Shown here: positions 1 to 10,000 of the stretch, piece after piece
Numbering within the stretch: the stretch's first letter is position 1
Layout: every line of letters starts with the position of its first letter
NCBI GenBank assembly: GCA_015058275.1
Contig: SVCQ01000002.1
Location: forward strand, 52,902-116,901
Source of the DNA: Clostridiales bacterium
GTDB taxonomy: Bacteria > Bacillota > Clostridia > Peptostreptococcales > Anaerovoracaceae
Length of the DNA stretch: 64,000 nt
Direction: 5' to 3'
Made by a program: the position numbers and the translations under genes
Notes under the pieces: model-generated
Database searches by the model: none
Told to the model about the DNA's origin: nothing
The model's input: the letters and a program-made list of their open reading frames with translations, nothing else

Positions 1-116
1 TGATCATGCCTCTCCCTCTCCACGCATTCAGGGGCATGCCTGAGATGAAGGAGACCTACAAGTGGATCAAGGCCAGGATCAAGGAGCAGGGCGGAGACGC
101 CGGAGATGATGAGTGA
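1..116 (+). CDS. C-terminal fragment of an unidentified protein (truncated by window edge)
   Basis: Frame 3 stays open from the window edge (...KETYKWIKARIKEQGGDAGDDE) to TGA at 114-116. No family recognised. Confidence 0.3.
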   Translation, partial: IMPLPLHAFRGMPEMKETYKWIKARIKEQGGDAGDDE

Positions 117-157
117 TTGCACTTTGTGAAAAACACCAAATAATCGACAAAAATTTG

Positions 158-186
158 TTGACATCATACACAAGGTTTGTTATAGT
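158..186 (+). promoter_or_regulatory. sigma-A type promoter of the met transporter operon
   Basis: TTGACA (158-163), 17-nt spacer, TATAGT (181-186). Confidence 0.6.
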
Positions 187-223
187 CACACATGAACTTA
201 TTCTATGAAAGGAGCACATTCAC

Positions 224-298
224 ATGACTAAAAGAATGATGATGGAAATGGGAATGATGGGCATGTGCATGTGCAGAGCCGATATTAGCATAGGATAG
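224..298 (+). CDS. 24-codon Met/Cys-rich leader ORF (MTKRMMMEMGMMGMCMCRADISIG)
   Basis: AAAGGAG at 208-214 lies 9 nt before ATG 224. There are 9 Met and 2 Cys in the first 17 codons, and the stop is TAG 296-298. The ORF sits between the promoter and an intrinsic terminator upstream of metN. It is too short for the ORF track. Confidence 0.55.
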   Translation: MTKRMMMEMGMMGMCMCRADISIG

Positions 299-345
299 GG
301 TCGTAACGAATCAAACCGAAACTATGAGTTTTCTCATGTTGCATG

Positions 346-378
346 GCGGGCAGGTCGTTAAGACCTGCCCGCTTTTTT
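346..378 (+). terminator. intrinsic terminator / attenuator in the metN leader
   Basis: 11-bp GC-rich stem GCGGGCAGGTC (346-356) / GACCTGCCCGC (362-372), 5-nt loop, TTTTTT at 373-378. It lies about 30 nt upstream of the metN start. Confidence 0.8.
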
Positions 379-409
379 ACACAATCCGTTTCACGAGAAA
401 GGAGCCGAA

Positions 410-1462
410 TTGAGCGAACAGATAATACGACTTCAGGGCGTAACCAAGGAGTTCGACACCAAAGGCGGCAAGGTGGTCGCGCTCAAAGACATTGACCTGG
501 ACATAGAGAAAGGTGACTCCTACGGGATCATCGGCCTCTCCGGAGCAGGCAAGTCCACTCTGGTAAGGACGATCAACCTGCTGGAGGAGCCTACAGAGGG
601 CAAGGTCGTCTTTGACGGACAGGTCCTAACAGGACTCAGCGCCAGAGAACTCAACATCCAGAGGCGCCGCATATCCATGATCTTCCAGCAGTTCAATCTG
701 CTGATGCAAAGAGACGCGATCGGCAATATATGCTTCCCGCTCGAGATAGCGGGCGTACCAAAGGCCGAGGCGGTCGAGAAGGCAAAGGAGCTTCTCAAGG
801 TCGTAGACCTCGAGGAGAGAGCGCACTCCTATCCGTCGCAGCTGTCCGGAGGACAAAAGCAGAGAGTAGCCATCGCGAGGGCGCTGGCATCGGATCCGGA
901 AGTCATACTCTGCGATGAGGCGACTTCGGCGCTCGACCCTAAGACCACAAGAGCGATACTCAGCCTGCTGCGCAGGATCAACGAGGAGCGCGGCATCACC
1001 CTGGTGGTGATCACCCACGAGATGGAGGTCATCAAGCAGCTCTGCAATAAGGTCGCGGTCATAGAGAACGGCGAGATCGTCGAGAGAGGCGATGTCCAGG
1101 AGATCTTCAAAAAGCCTAAGACCAAAGCCGCAAGGAAGCTCTTCTTCCCGGACGGACAGGTCACCGAGAAGCCTCTTACAAGGACATCCACAAGGAACAG
1201 AGTGAGGCTGGTATACGACGAAGCCAACGCAGGCGAGCCGATCATAGCCAACATGATAATGGAACTCGGAGCACCGGTGAATTTCCTCTACGCCAACCTG
1301 GATGTACTCGGCGGGGCGCAAAAGGGACAGATGGTCATCTGCCTGGCAGAGGACAGAGAGACCGCAGAGAAACAAAAAGAGTACTTAAGGGCCAAGGGAG
1401 TGGAATTCACTGAGATAGACGAAGATGAGTACATCGATCGCGGAGAGGAGGTGAGCGTCTGA
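410..1462 (+). CDS. metN: methionine ABC transporter ATP-binding protein
   Basis: Walker A GLSGAGKST, signature LSGGQKQRV, Walker B ILCDEATSALD, and a C-terminal NIL-type regulatory domain. TTG start with AAAGGAG 5 nt upstream. First gene of a metN-metI-metQ order. Confidence 0.93.
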   Translation: MSEQIIRLQGVTKEFDTKGGKVVALKDIDLDIEKGDSYGIIGLSGAGKSTLVRTINLLEEPTEGKVVFDGQVLTGLSARELNIQRRRISMIFQQFNLLMQRDAIGNICFPLEIAGVPKAEAVEKAKELLKVVDLEERAHSYPSQLSGGQKQRVAIARALASDPEVILCDEATSALDPKTTRAILSLLRRINEERGITLVVITHEMEVIKQLCNKVAVIENGEIVERGDVQEIFKKPKTKAARKLFFPDGQVTEKPLTRTSTRNRVRLVYDEANAGEPIIANMIMELGAPVNFLYANLDVLGGAQKGQMVICLAEDRETAEKQKEYLRAKGVEFTEIDEDEYIDRGEEVSV

Positions 1463-2124
1463 TGGATGCACATACACTTACCCAGCTGCTCGCAGAGGGC
1501 ACGGTACAGACGCTGGTCATGACTCTGGTCGGCACACTCATATCCTATATCATAGGACTTCCGGTGGGGGTATCCCTCATAGTCACTGGGCCTAACGGCA
1601 TCAAGCCGGTGGCCTGGTACAACAAGATCATGGGATTCATCGTCAACGTGATCAGATCGATGCCTTTCCTCATACTGATGATCGCATTCATGCCATACAT
1701 CAGGAAGGTGATCGGCACAGGCATCGGCACCTCGGCAGTCACGGCGGCGCTCATACTCGCAGCCTGGCCGTTCGTAGCCAGGATGGTAGAGCAGTCGCTC
1801 ATGGAGGTGGACGCGGGAGTCGTCGAAGCCGCACAGGCGATGGGAGCAAGCAACATGCAGATCATCCGCAAGGTGCTCCTGCTCGAGGCAAGGCCGTCAC
1901 TCATAAACGGAGCTGCCGTTGCGACCATCACCATACTCGGCTACTCGGCGATGGCCGGCATACTCGGAGGCGGAGGTCTCGGAGACATCGCCATCAGGTA
2001 CGGATACTACAGATACCAGGCGGCGATAATGTGGATCACTATCATCGTCCTCGTCATCCTCGTACAGGTGATGCAGGAGATCGGAGTGAAGCTCGCAGCT
2101 AAGCTCGACAACCGGCTGAACTAA
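1462..2124 (+). CDS. metI: methionine ABC transporter permease
   Basis: Five-TM MetI-type permease with an EAA-like loop (VEAAQAMGAS). The ATG overlaps the metN stop (TGATG). Confidence 0.93.
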   Translation: MDAHTLTQLLAEGTVQTLVMTLVGTLISYIIGLPVGVSLIVTGPNGIKPVAWYNKIMGFIVNVIRSMPFLILMIAFMPYIRKVIGTGIGTSAVTAALILAAWPFVARMVEQSLMEVDAGVVEAAQAMGASNMQIIRKVLLLEARPSLINGAAVATITILGYSAMAGILGGGGLGDIAIRYGYYRYQAAIMWITIIVLVILVQVMQEIGVKLAAKLDNRLN

Positions 2125-2126
2125 AT

Positions 2127-2224
2127 GAGATCCTTCGCTTCGCTCAGGATGACAGTACCATTTGTCATTCTGAGGAGCGTAGCGACGAAGAATCCCGGTG
2201 AGATCCTTCGCTCAGGATGACAGT
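2127..2224. repeat. palindromic intergenic repeat (CTCAGGATGACA / TGTCATTCTGAGG family), 2.5 arms
   Basis: GAGATCCTTCGCTTCGCTCAGGATGACAG (2127-2155) faces TGTCATTCTGAGGAGCGTAGCGACGAAGAATCCC (2163-2196), followed by a third arm at 2199-2224. The same family recurs at 15375, 23947, 24767 and 32004. Confidence 0.85.
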
Positions 2225-2311
2225 TGAAGGATCTCAACCGACGATTCTTAATCAAGTTATCAAATAATTCTTTTTATACAATAACAACCAAAAGGAGAAG
2301 GGAGACTAAAC

Positions 2312-3145
2312 ATGAAGAACATCAAAAGATTCAGCATTCTGGCACTCGTACTCGCACTCGCTCTCGGCGCACTTACAGCATGCGGCGGCGGAAGCGACAG
2401 CGGAGATGACAGCGCAGACAAGACTATCACTGTAGCAGCATCGCCTACACCTCATGCAGAGATCCTCGGATCGATCAGCGAAGCTCTCGCAGAAGAGGGA
2501 TGGACACTCGAAGTCAAGGAGTTCGAGGACTATGTACAGCCTAACGTAGCTACTACTGAGGGCGACGTCGATGCCAACTTCTTCCAGCACGTACCGTATC
2601 TCGATGAGTACAACGCTGAGAACGGCACTGAGCTCGTAGCAGTAGGCAACGTACACTATGAGGCAATGGGAGTATACAAGGGCTCCAAGGACAGCTTCGA
2701 TGCACTCGCAGACGGAGACAAGATCGCAGTTCCTAACGACACTACAAACGAGGCAAGAGCTCTGCAGCTGCTCGCAGCCAACGGAGTCATCACTCTCAAG
2801 GACGGCGTAGGACTCGAGGCTACAAAGACAGACATCGTAGACAATCCTAAGAACATCGAGGTGGTTGAGCTTGAGGCAGCTTCCATCCCTGGAGCACTTC
2901 AGGACGTAGCGCTCGGCGTTATCAATGCCAACTATGCTCTCGGAGCATCCCTGACAACTGACGATGCAGTAGCTTACGAGGCTGCTGACTCCGAGGCCGC
3001 TGAGACTTACGTAAACGTCATCGTAGTCAACAAGGGCAACGAGGAGAGCGAGAAGACAAAGGCTCTCGTAGCTGCTATCCAGACTGATGCCGTCAAGAAG
3101 TTCATCGAGGACAAGTACAACGGAGCGGTAATCGCCAAGTTCTAA
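2312..3145 (+). CDS. metQ: methionine-binding lipoprotein (MetQ/NlpA family)
   Basis: Signal peptide with lipobox LTAC, then an NlpA-family body (HAEILG..., DANFFQH, NYAL). Confidence 0.92.
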   Translation: MKNIKRFSILALVLALALGALTACGGGSDSGDDSADKTITVAASPTPHAEILGSISEALAEEGWTLEVKEFEDYVQPNVATTEGDVDANFFQHVPYLDEYNAENGTELVAVGNVHYEAMGVYKGSKDSFDALADGDKIAVPNDTTNEARALQLLAANGVITLKDGVGLEATKTDIVDNPKNIEVVELEAASIPGALQDVALGVINANYALGASLTTDDAVAYEAADSEAAETYVNVIVVNKGNEESEKTKALVAAIQTDAVKKFIEDKYNGAVIAKF

Positions 3146-3179
3146 AAGACGCGCTAATATTAATAATCATTGATACAGG

Positions 3180-3210
3180 GCTCTCCCGTCTTATGAGCGG
3201 GAGGGCTTTG
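3180..3210 (+). terminator. probable terminator after metQ
   Basis: 9-bp stem 3180-3188 / 3198-3206 (GCTCTCCCG / CGGGAGGGC, one G-U pair), followed by TTTG. Confidence 0.55.
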
Positions 3211-3272
3211 TGCTATCATAGGACTACTATAATAGGAAGAATTATACATAAAGGACAGGAAAGGGACGGCAT

Positions 3273-3977
3273 ATGCTAAAGGTATCGGTGCTCGCGGGCA
3301 CTCCCGTGGATACACAGATGGGTGTGGACTTCCTCGAAAGGAAGAACCGTCATGCCCCTGAGGACAGGCAGCTCGAAGTGCTGTACAGACCTGTGGCGGT
3401 CGACTGCGACTCGCAGATCAGGTTCCAGTACTCCGACAATGATGAGAAGCGCCAGGTGATGGACGCCATATTCGACGCGGACATAGAGAACGGAGTGCGC
3501 GACTTCTTCATCTACTGCAACTCTCTGTCGGGCGCCTTCGACTTCGACCGCTATGAGATGCAGAAGTCCATAGACTCCGGAGAGGACATACACATCATCA
3601 CGCCTCTTAAGATCTACAGGAGCCTGGGCAGGGGATACAGGAGGCTCGGCGTCATTGCGGCCAACAATCTCTCGGCACACTCCATAGAGGAGGCTCTTAT
3701 GTCCTCCAACCGGGACCTCTACGTTATAGGCTCCGGCAACATGGCCATAGTCAGGGCGATCGAGGAGGGGTATGAGCCGTCCGCGATAATTGAAAGCTGC
3801 GGCCTGGCGGATATGGACAGGTACATGGAGGCCTGCGGAGCGGAGGCCATACTGCTCGGATGTACGCATTTCCCGTATCTCAAGGATGAATTTGAGAAGG
3901 TCTGCGGTCTGCCTCTCATAGACCCTGCGGACATGATGTACGAGAAGCTCATGGAATCCTTTATTTTGCAGGGATAA
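3273..3977 (+). CDS. Asp/Glu/hydantoin racemase family protein
   Basis: Two catalytic-Cys contexts typical of the family: FIYCNSLS and LLGCTHFPYL. Confidence 0.6.
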   Translation: MLKVSVLAGTPVDTQMGVDFLERKNRHAPEDRQLEVLYRPVAVDCDSQIRFQYSDNDEKRQVMDAIFDADIENGVRDFFIYCNSLSGAFDFDRYEMQKSIDSGEDIHIITPLKIYRSLGRGYRRLGVIAANNLSAHSIEEALMSSNRDLYVIGSGNMAIVRAIEEGYEPSAIIESCGLADMDRYMEACGAEAILLGCTHFPYLKDEFEKVCGLPLIDPADMMYEKLMESFILQG

Positions 3978-4043
3978 TGCGATATAATCCACTATGTATG
4001 ATTGTATTTTTAAGTTTTCATTCTACGGAAGGGACTGAATGTA

Positions 4044-7000
4044 ATGGACAACAATTTTGTAAAAGTCGGTAAATGGGGCGAGTGTCTCTGGGGCATCAAT
4101 GAGAACGGCGAGCTCTTTATCAACGAAGGCAGGGCAGAGAGCCTGGAGGACGGCTCGCCATGGGCGGAAGTTGCCTCATCGGTGGTCACGGCCAATACGA
4201 TAGGCACCGTCACTTTTCCTGACGGAGCTTCGCTTGCGGGCCTCTTCAAGGGCTGCAAGAACATGGCCAATGCGGATCTGAGCGGCTTCGTCACTGATAA
4301 CGTCAGGGACATGAGCTCGATGTTCGAAGGCTGCGCCAACCTGAAGGGACTCGACATCTCATCCTTTGATACACACCGCTGCTCCAACATGAAAAAGATG
4401 TTCAGCCAGTGCACCAAACTGAGCGAGATACTTCTCGGTCAGGAGTTCAGCACGTCAGGAGACGGCTCGACATCCTGCGACAAGCTCGCCATCAAGGAGT
4501 ACGGCAAGTACAGGAGAGGCAAGCCGATCGCAGTAGAGGGCTTCAAGGTCACCTACCACAGCAATCTCGGTGACGGCAGATCCGACGAGAGGAGAACTTC
4601 TCCGGGTATCAAATACATAATCGAACACCCTATGTTCAATGCCCCGAGCGACAGGGCTTCGTTCGTATCCTGGAATACCGACGCGGATGCCAAGGGCAGA
4701 TTCTATCCGCCGGGGAGATCGATCGAGGATCTCGATGAGGACCTCGAGCTTTATGCTGTCTGGGCATGGGCTCCGGTCATCAAAAAGCAACCGCATATCA
4801 GACCATTTACATTCGGCGAAAAGATCCCGTTCGAACTTCCGGAGATAGAGTCAAAGAATGACCCTGAGGTTACGGGATACCTCGAGATAAGCAAGACAGG
4901 CAAAGAGGGCACATGGCATGCCATCGACCACAACACAGTGCTGCCTGTAGCATTCAACGGATATCTGCTGAGACTCCACGCAGCCAACAGCGTCGGCGAG
5001 ACAGTATCCGATCCGGTCAAGCTCAACATCAAAAAGGCCACGATCGATGTCTCCGGCATACGCTGGGCAGAAGAAGACAACATGGTATATGACGGCACAC
5101 CTAAGGAAGTCCATATCGAGGGTCTGCCTGATTCCATCCAGCCGAAGTACGAAGGCAATGTAGCTACCAACGCAGGTACTTACACAGCCAGCTTTGCATT
5201 TGTCTTTGACCGCAACAACTTCAATGAGCCTATAGTCATCAGGGAGCACGAGTGGACCATCCGCAAGGCTACGCTGGATATGTCCGCAGTCCGCTGGGAT
5301 TATTCGGGTGCATTCACATACGACGGCAGCGTCAGAGAGGTCAAGCTCACAGGCCTGCCTGAGGGCGTTACCGCCATCTACGAAAACAACAGCGCTTCGG
5401 ATGCCGGCATCTACACCGCCACCGTTACGCTCAACTACGATTTCGAGAACTACGAGAAGCCTGCAGACATCGTCCCTTGCGTATGGGAGATCCGCAAGGC
5501 AGTAATCGATGCTTCGTCCATCCGCTGGTCCGGATACAGGGACTTCGTATACGACGGATCGCCTAAGTCGGTCAGGATAGTCAATCTGCCTGAGGATGCG
5601 GCCGTTGAGTATGACGGAGCTGATGAGACTCTGGCAGGCAAGTACCTCGCAAGAGCCAACTTCAAGGGCAATTACACCACCAACGCTCCTGCGGAGTACG
5701 AGTGGGAGATAGCCAAAAAGCACTACGACCTCAGCGGCACTCAGTGGTCGGAGGTCAGAGAGTTCTCATACGACGGACAGCCACACGGCATCGTGCTGAC
5801 CGGACTTCCGGAGCAGCTCGAGGTCAGGTATTCGGGCAACGTCGGCGTATCTGCCGGCAGATACACCGCAAGAGCGGTCTTCGTCAATCCGGATACCCAC
5901 AACTACGTCACGCCTGAGGATGCTACCATCCAGTGGCAGATCACCAAAAAGATCGTCGACATGTCCGGAGTACACTGGGATTACCAGGGACCTTTCACAT
6001 ACGACGGAGAGGCCAAGTCGGTCATGCTCAAGGGACTGCCTGAGGGCATCGGCGCTGACTACGAGAACTTCATGGCATTCGATGCGGGCGAGTACAATGC
6101 ACGCGCCATCCTCAGATACGACGAGGACAACCTCGAGGTCGCATGGCCTTCGGACTGCCAGTGGAGGATCAACAAGAGCAGGATCGATGTATCCGGTGTC
6201 TACTGGGATTACACCGATGCATTCACTTACAACGGCAATAAGCACGCAGTATACCTCGCGGGACTCCCTGAGGGACTGAGCGTAGACTATACGGACAACG
6301 TCAAGACCGAGACAGGCACTTACGTGGCAAGCGCCACACTGACCCCTATCGATGCGGCCAACTTTGAGGTGCCTGAGGTCAACGGCTGCGTATGGACGAT
6401 CAGGAAGGCCGACTGCGAGATCGAGGGTCTTGTATGGACAGACTGCAGCGGCTTCGTATATGACGGACGCGAAAAGACGGTCAGGATCGAGTCAGACCTC
6501 GGCGACATGATCAAGGTCGACTACGAGGACAACGTCGCTGTCAACGCCGGCAGATATTACAGTAAGGCCATCTTCACGCTCTTTGATGACTCCAACCTCA
6601 ACCCGCCTAAGCCGGCAGGTTATTCGTGGAGCATCGCAAAGGCCAGATACGACATGTCACAGGTCGTCTGGGATTACGAGAACGCCTTCACTTATGACGG
6701 AAGCGAGAAGTCCGTCAGGCTCCTCAACGTACCTGAAGGCATCATAGTCAGCTACAGGAACGCTTCGGCCAAGGATGCCGGAGACTACACTGCAGTGGCT
6801 CAGTTCGAGGTCCAGGACGAAAACAACTACGAGACAAGCATCCCTGACATGGTGCTCGACTGGAGCATCCGCAAGGCTGTATTCGACATGTCCGGCGTCA
6901 AGTGGCAGGGCAGCAAAGAGTACGCATACGACGGCGAGATCAAGGGAGAGGACCTCAGACTCGTCGGACTGCCTGACGGCATCACACCTGAGTACATCGA

Positions 7001-10000
7001 CAGCACTGCTGTCGTAGCAGGCGAGTACACCGCCAAGGCCAACCTCATCTACGACGAAAAGAACTACGAGAAGCCTGAAGTCGCAGGCTGCCACTGGGTG
7101 ATCGCAAAATCCCCGCTCGATCTCTCGACAGTCAGATGGGATTACGAGGAACCGTTCGTATACGACGGATCCGAAAAGAGAGTCTCTGTCAGCGAGCCGC
7201 CTAAGGGCTCGAGGATCGAGTACAGCAACGCATGTGCTTCACAGGCCGGTACTTATGTAGCGGCAGCGGACATCATCCCTGATGATGACAACAACCGCAT
7301 CAAGGGCAGACTCGACAACCTCACATGGAGGATCGAGCGCGGCCACTACGACATGAGCCATGCTCACTGGGATTATGAGAAGCCTTTCGTTTATGACGGC
7401 AGCGAGAACCGCGTCGTGATCAAGGGCCTGCCTGAGGGCGTGACCCCTTACTACAAAGGCAATACCGCAACCAACGCCGGCCACTATACCGCTTCGGTAA
7501 GCTTTACTGTGGCTGACGAACACAACTACAACGTACCGGAGATGGAGGATCTCGAGTGGACCATCAACAAGGCAGACTACGACATGTCGTCCGCCGCATG
7601 GGATTACGAAGGCGAGATCACATATACCGGCAACGTGCACGAGGTAATGCTCAGAGGGCTGCCTGACGGAGTAAGAGCTATCTACAGCGGCAATACAGCT
7701 GCCAACACGGGCTCCTATGAGGCGTCCGCAGAGCTCATCCCGTACGATCCTGACAACTTCAACAAGCCACACGTAGACAACTGCAGCTGGAAGATCGTCA
7801 AGGCCGACTACGAGATGTCCGCAGTCAGATGGGATTACACAGCCAGCAAGCGCTTCAACGGCAGGGAGCAGTGCGTACTGCTCGAGCATCTCCCTAACGG
7901 AGTGACTGCCGTATACGAAGGCAACGAGGCTGTCAATGTCGGTTCGTACACCGCAAGTGCACAGCTTATGGTGGCCGATCCTGACAACTACAACATCCCT
8001 TCGGTAAGCGACTGCGACTGGGAGATCACGCGTGCGGAGTACGACCTCAGCAAGGTCGAGTGGGATTACGAGGACGGCAAGTTCGTCTTTGACGGCGGCG
8101 TCAAGACAGTGACCCTCGACAATATCCCGAGAGGACTCGAGGTTTCGTATATCGGCAATTCCGCTTCGATCGCCGGTGACTATCTCGCTACGGCCAACTT
8201 CACATCCGTAGACAACAACTACGAGACTCCGGCTTCGATCTCCATCCCATGGAGAATCGAGCAGGCTGTATACGACATGAGAAGGGTCGAGTGGGATTAC
8301 ACCGAGTGCTTCACTTACGACGGACTGCCTAAGAGAGTTGAGCTCAGAGGACTGCCTGTGGGCATCAACGTAGACTATACAGACAATTCGGCGATCGACA
8401 CCGGCGTATACACAGCCACCGCCAGATTCAGCACCGAGAGCGACAACTACAGCACTCCGGATGAGATGACATGCACATGGGAGATCGGCAAGGCCGATGT
8501 GGATATCCGCAAGGTCGCATGGGATTACTCGCAGAGCTTCGTATATGACGGTACAGACAGGAAAGTCGAGCTCAGGAACGTACCTGATCAGCTCGAGGTC
8601 ACTTACAGCGGCAATGTCGCAAGCGAGGCGGGCGAGTATCTCGCACACGCGACCCTGACACCGCTCAGACCTGACAACTACAACACGCCTATCGTCAGAG
8701 ACTGCGTATGGACCATCGAAAAGGCCAACTACGACATGTCCGATGCGAGATGGGACGGCGAGTTCGAGTACACATATGACGGACGCGAAAAGGGCGTCAG
8801 CATCACAGGACTGCCTGAGGGCGTTACTCCTGTATATCACGACAATGTTGCTACAGAGGCCGGTTCATACGTCGCTTCTGCCACATTCAAGTGCGACACA
8901 GCCAACTACAACGTGCCTGAGATCGGAGTCTGCAGATGGAAGATCAGGAAGGCCGTATACGACATGTCCAATGCCGCATGGTATGCAGAGGACAGGATCG
9001 TCTATGACGGCACCGAGAAGTCCATCAAGCTGAGAGGCTATCCTGAGGGGCTTACTCCATACTACAAGGGCAACACCGCGGTCAATGCCGGTGAGTACGA
9101 GGCTTCGGTAGAGTTCGGATATGATGAGAACAACTACTACAAGCCGACATTCGGCGGATGCAAGTGGCATATAGCTCCTGCAGACATCAACGTCGACCTC
9201 TCGAAGGTACGCTGGACTTACGATGAGCCGTTCGTATACGACGGAGACGTCAAGTCCGTAGTGATTGCAGAGACTTCGGATGACGTAGGCTTCATGGACA
9301 AGCTCCGCGGACGCAGCCCTGAGATGAGGCTCACGGGCATACCTGAGGGCTTCGAGGTAGTATACAGCAACAACTCGGCAAGCCAGGTAGGCGTATACTA
9401 CGCAGGCGCCAAGCTGATCAGCATCAACGACACGGAGAACTTCAACGAGTACGACCTGCCTAAGTTCAGATGGGAGATCGTAAAGGCCAAGGTCGACATG
9501 TCTCACGTAAGATGGAACTACGAGGATGCCTTCGTCTATGACGGCACCGAAAAGTCCGTAGAGCTGATCGGACTCCCGGAGACTGTCGATGTAACATACA
9601 CCGACAACAGCGGAGTGGACGCAGGCGATCACGAGGCACTGGCCATGATCGAGGTCAAGGATCCTCACAACTACGAGACACCGAGACCTGTCAGCGGATG
9701 CTGGTGGCAGATCAGCAAGGCCAGCTACGACATGTCGCAGGTACGCTGGACCTACGACGACGATATCGTCTACAACGGCAAGGAGAAGACCGTCAGAGTC
9801 ACAGGCCTGCCTGAGGGTGTAAGAATAGAGAACTACAGAGGCAATAAGGGCATCGAGGCCGGCAGCTACACGGCAGAGGCCATCCTCAGATACCAGAACA
9901 AAGACAACTTCGAGGAGCCAGTGATCCCGGCTCTCAAGTGGAGGATACGCAAAAAGAAGATCGACATCTCGGAGATCGCATGGAACTACGACGAGACTAC

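Noticed and set aside
187-409. Expected a SAM (S-box) riboswitch or Met T-box upstream of metN.
   Set aside because: I could not find the conserved S-box helices or junction motifs, or the T-box sequence (AAnnnGGGTGGTACCGCG-like). Covariance-model confirmation is still needed.
3207-3230. Possible promoter (TTGTGC ... TATAAT) for the racemase-family gene.
   Set aside because: The spacer between the candidate -35 and the TATAAT is only about 14 nt. That is not a supportable sigma-A promoter as drawn.
3978-4043. Searched for an upstream in-frame start that would give the giant repeat protein a signal peptide.
   Set aside because: The short interval contains stops in the relevant frame, including ATG-TAA immediately before the annotated ATG. 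The SD-like GGAAGGGA is correctly spaced for ATG 4044.
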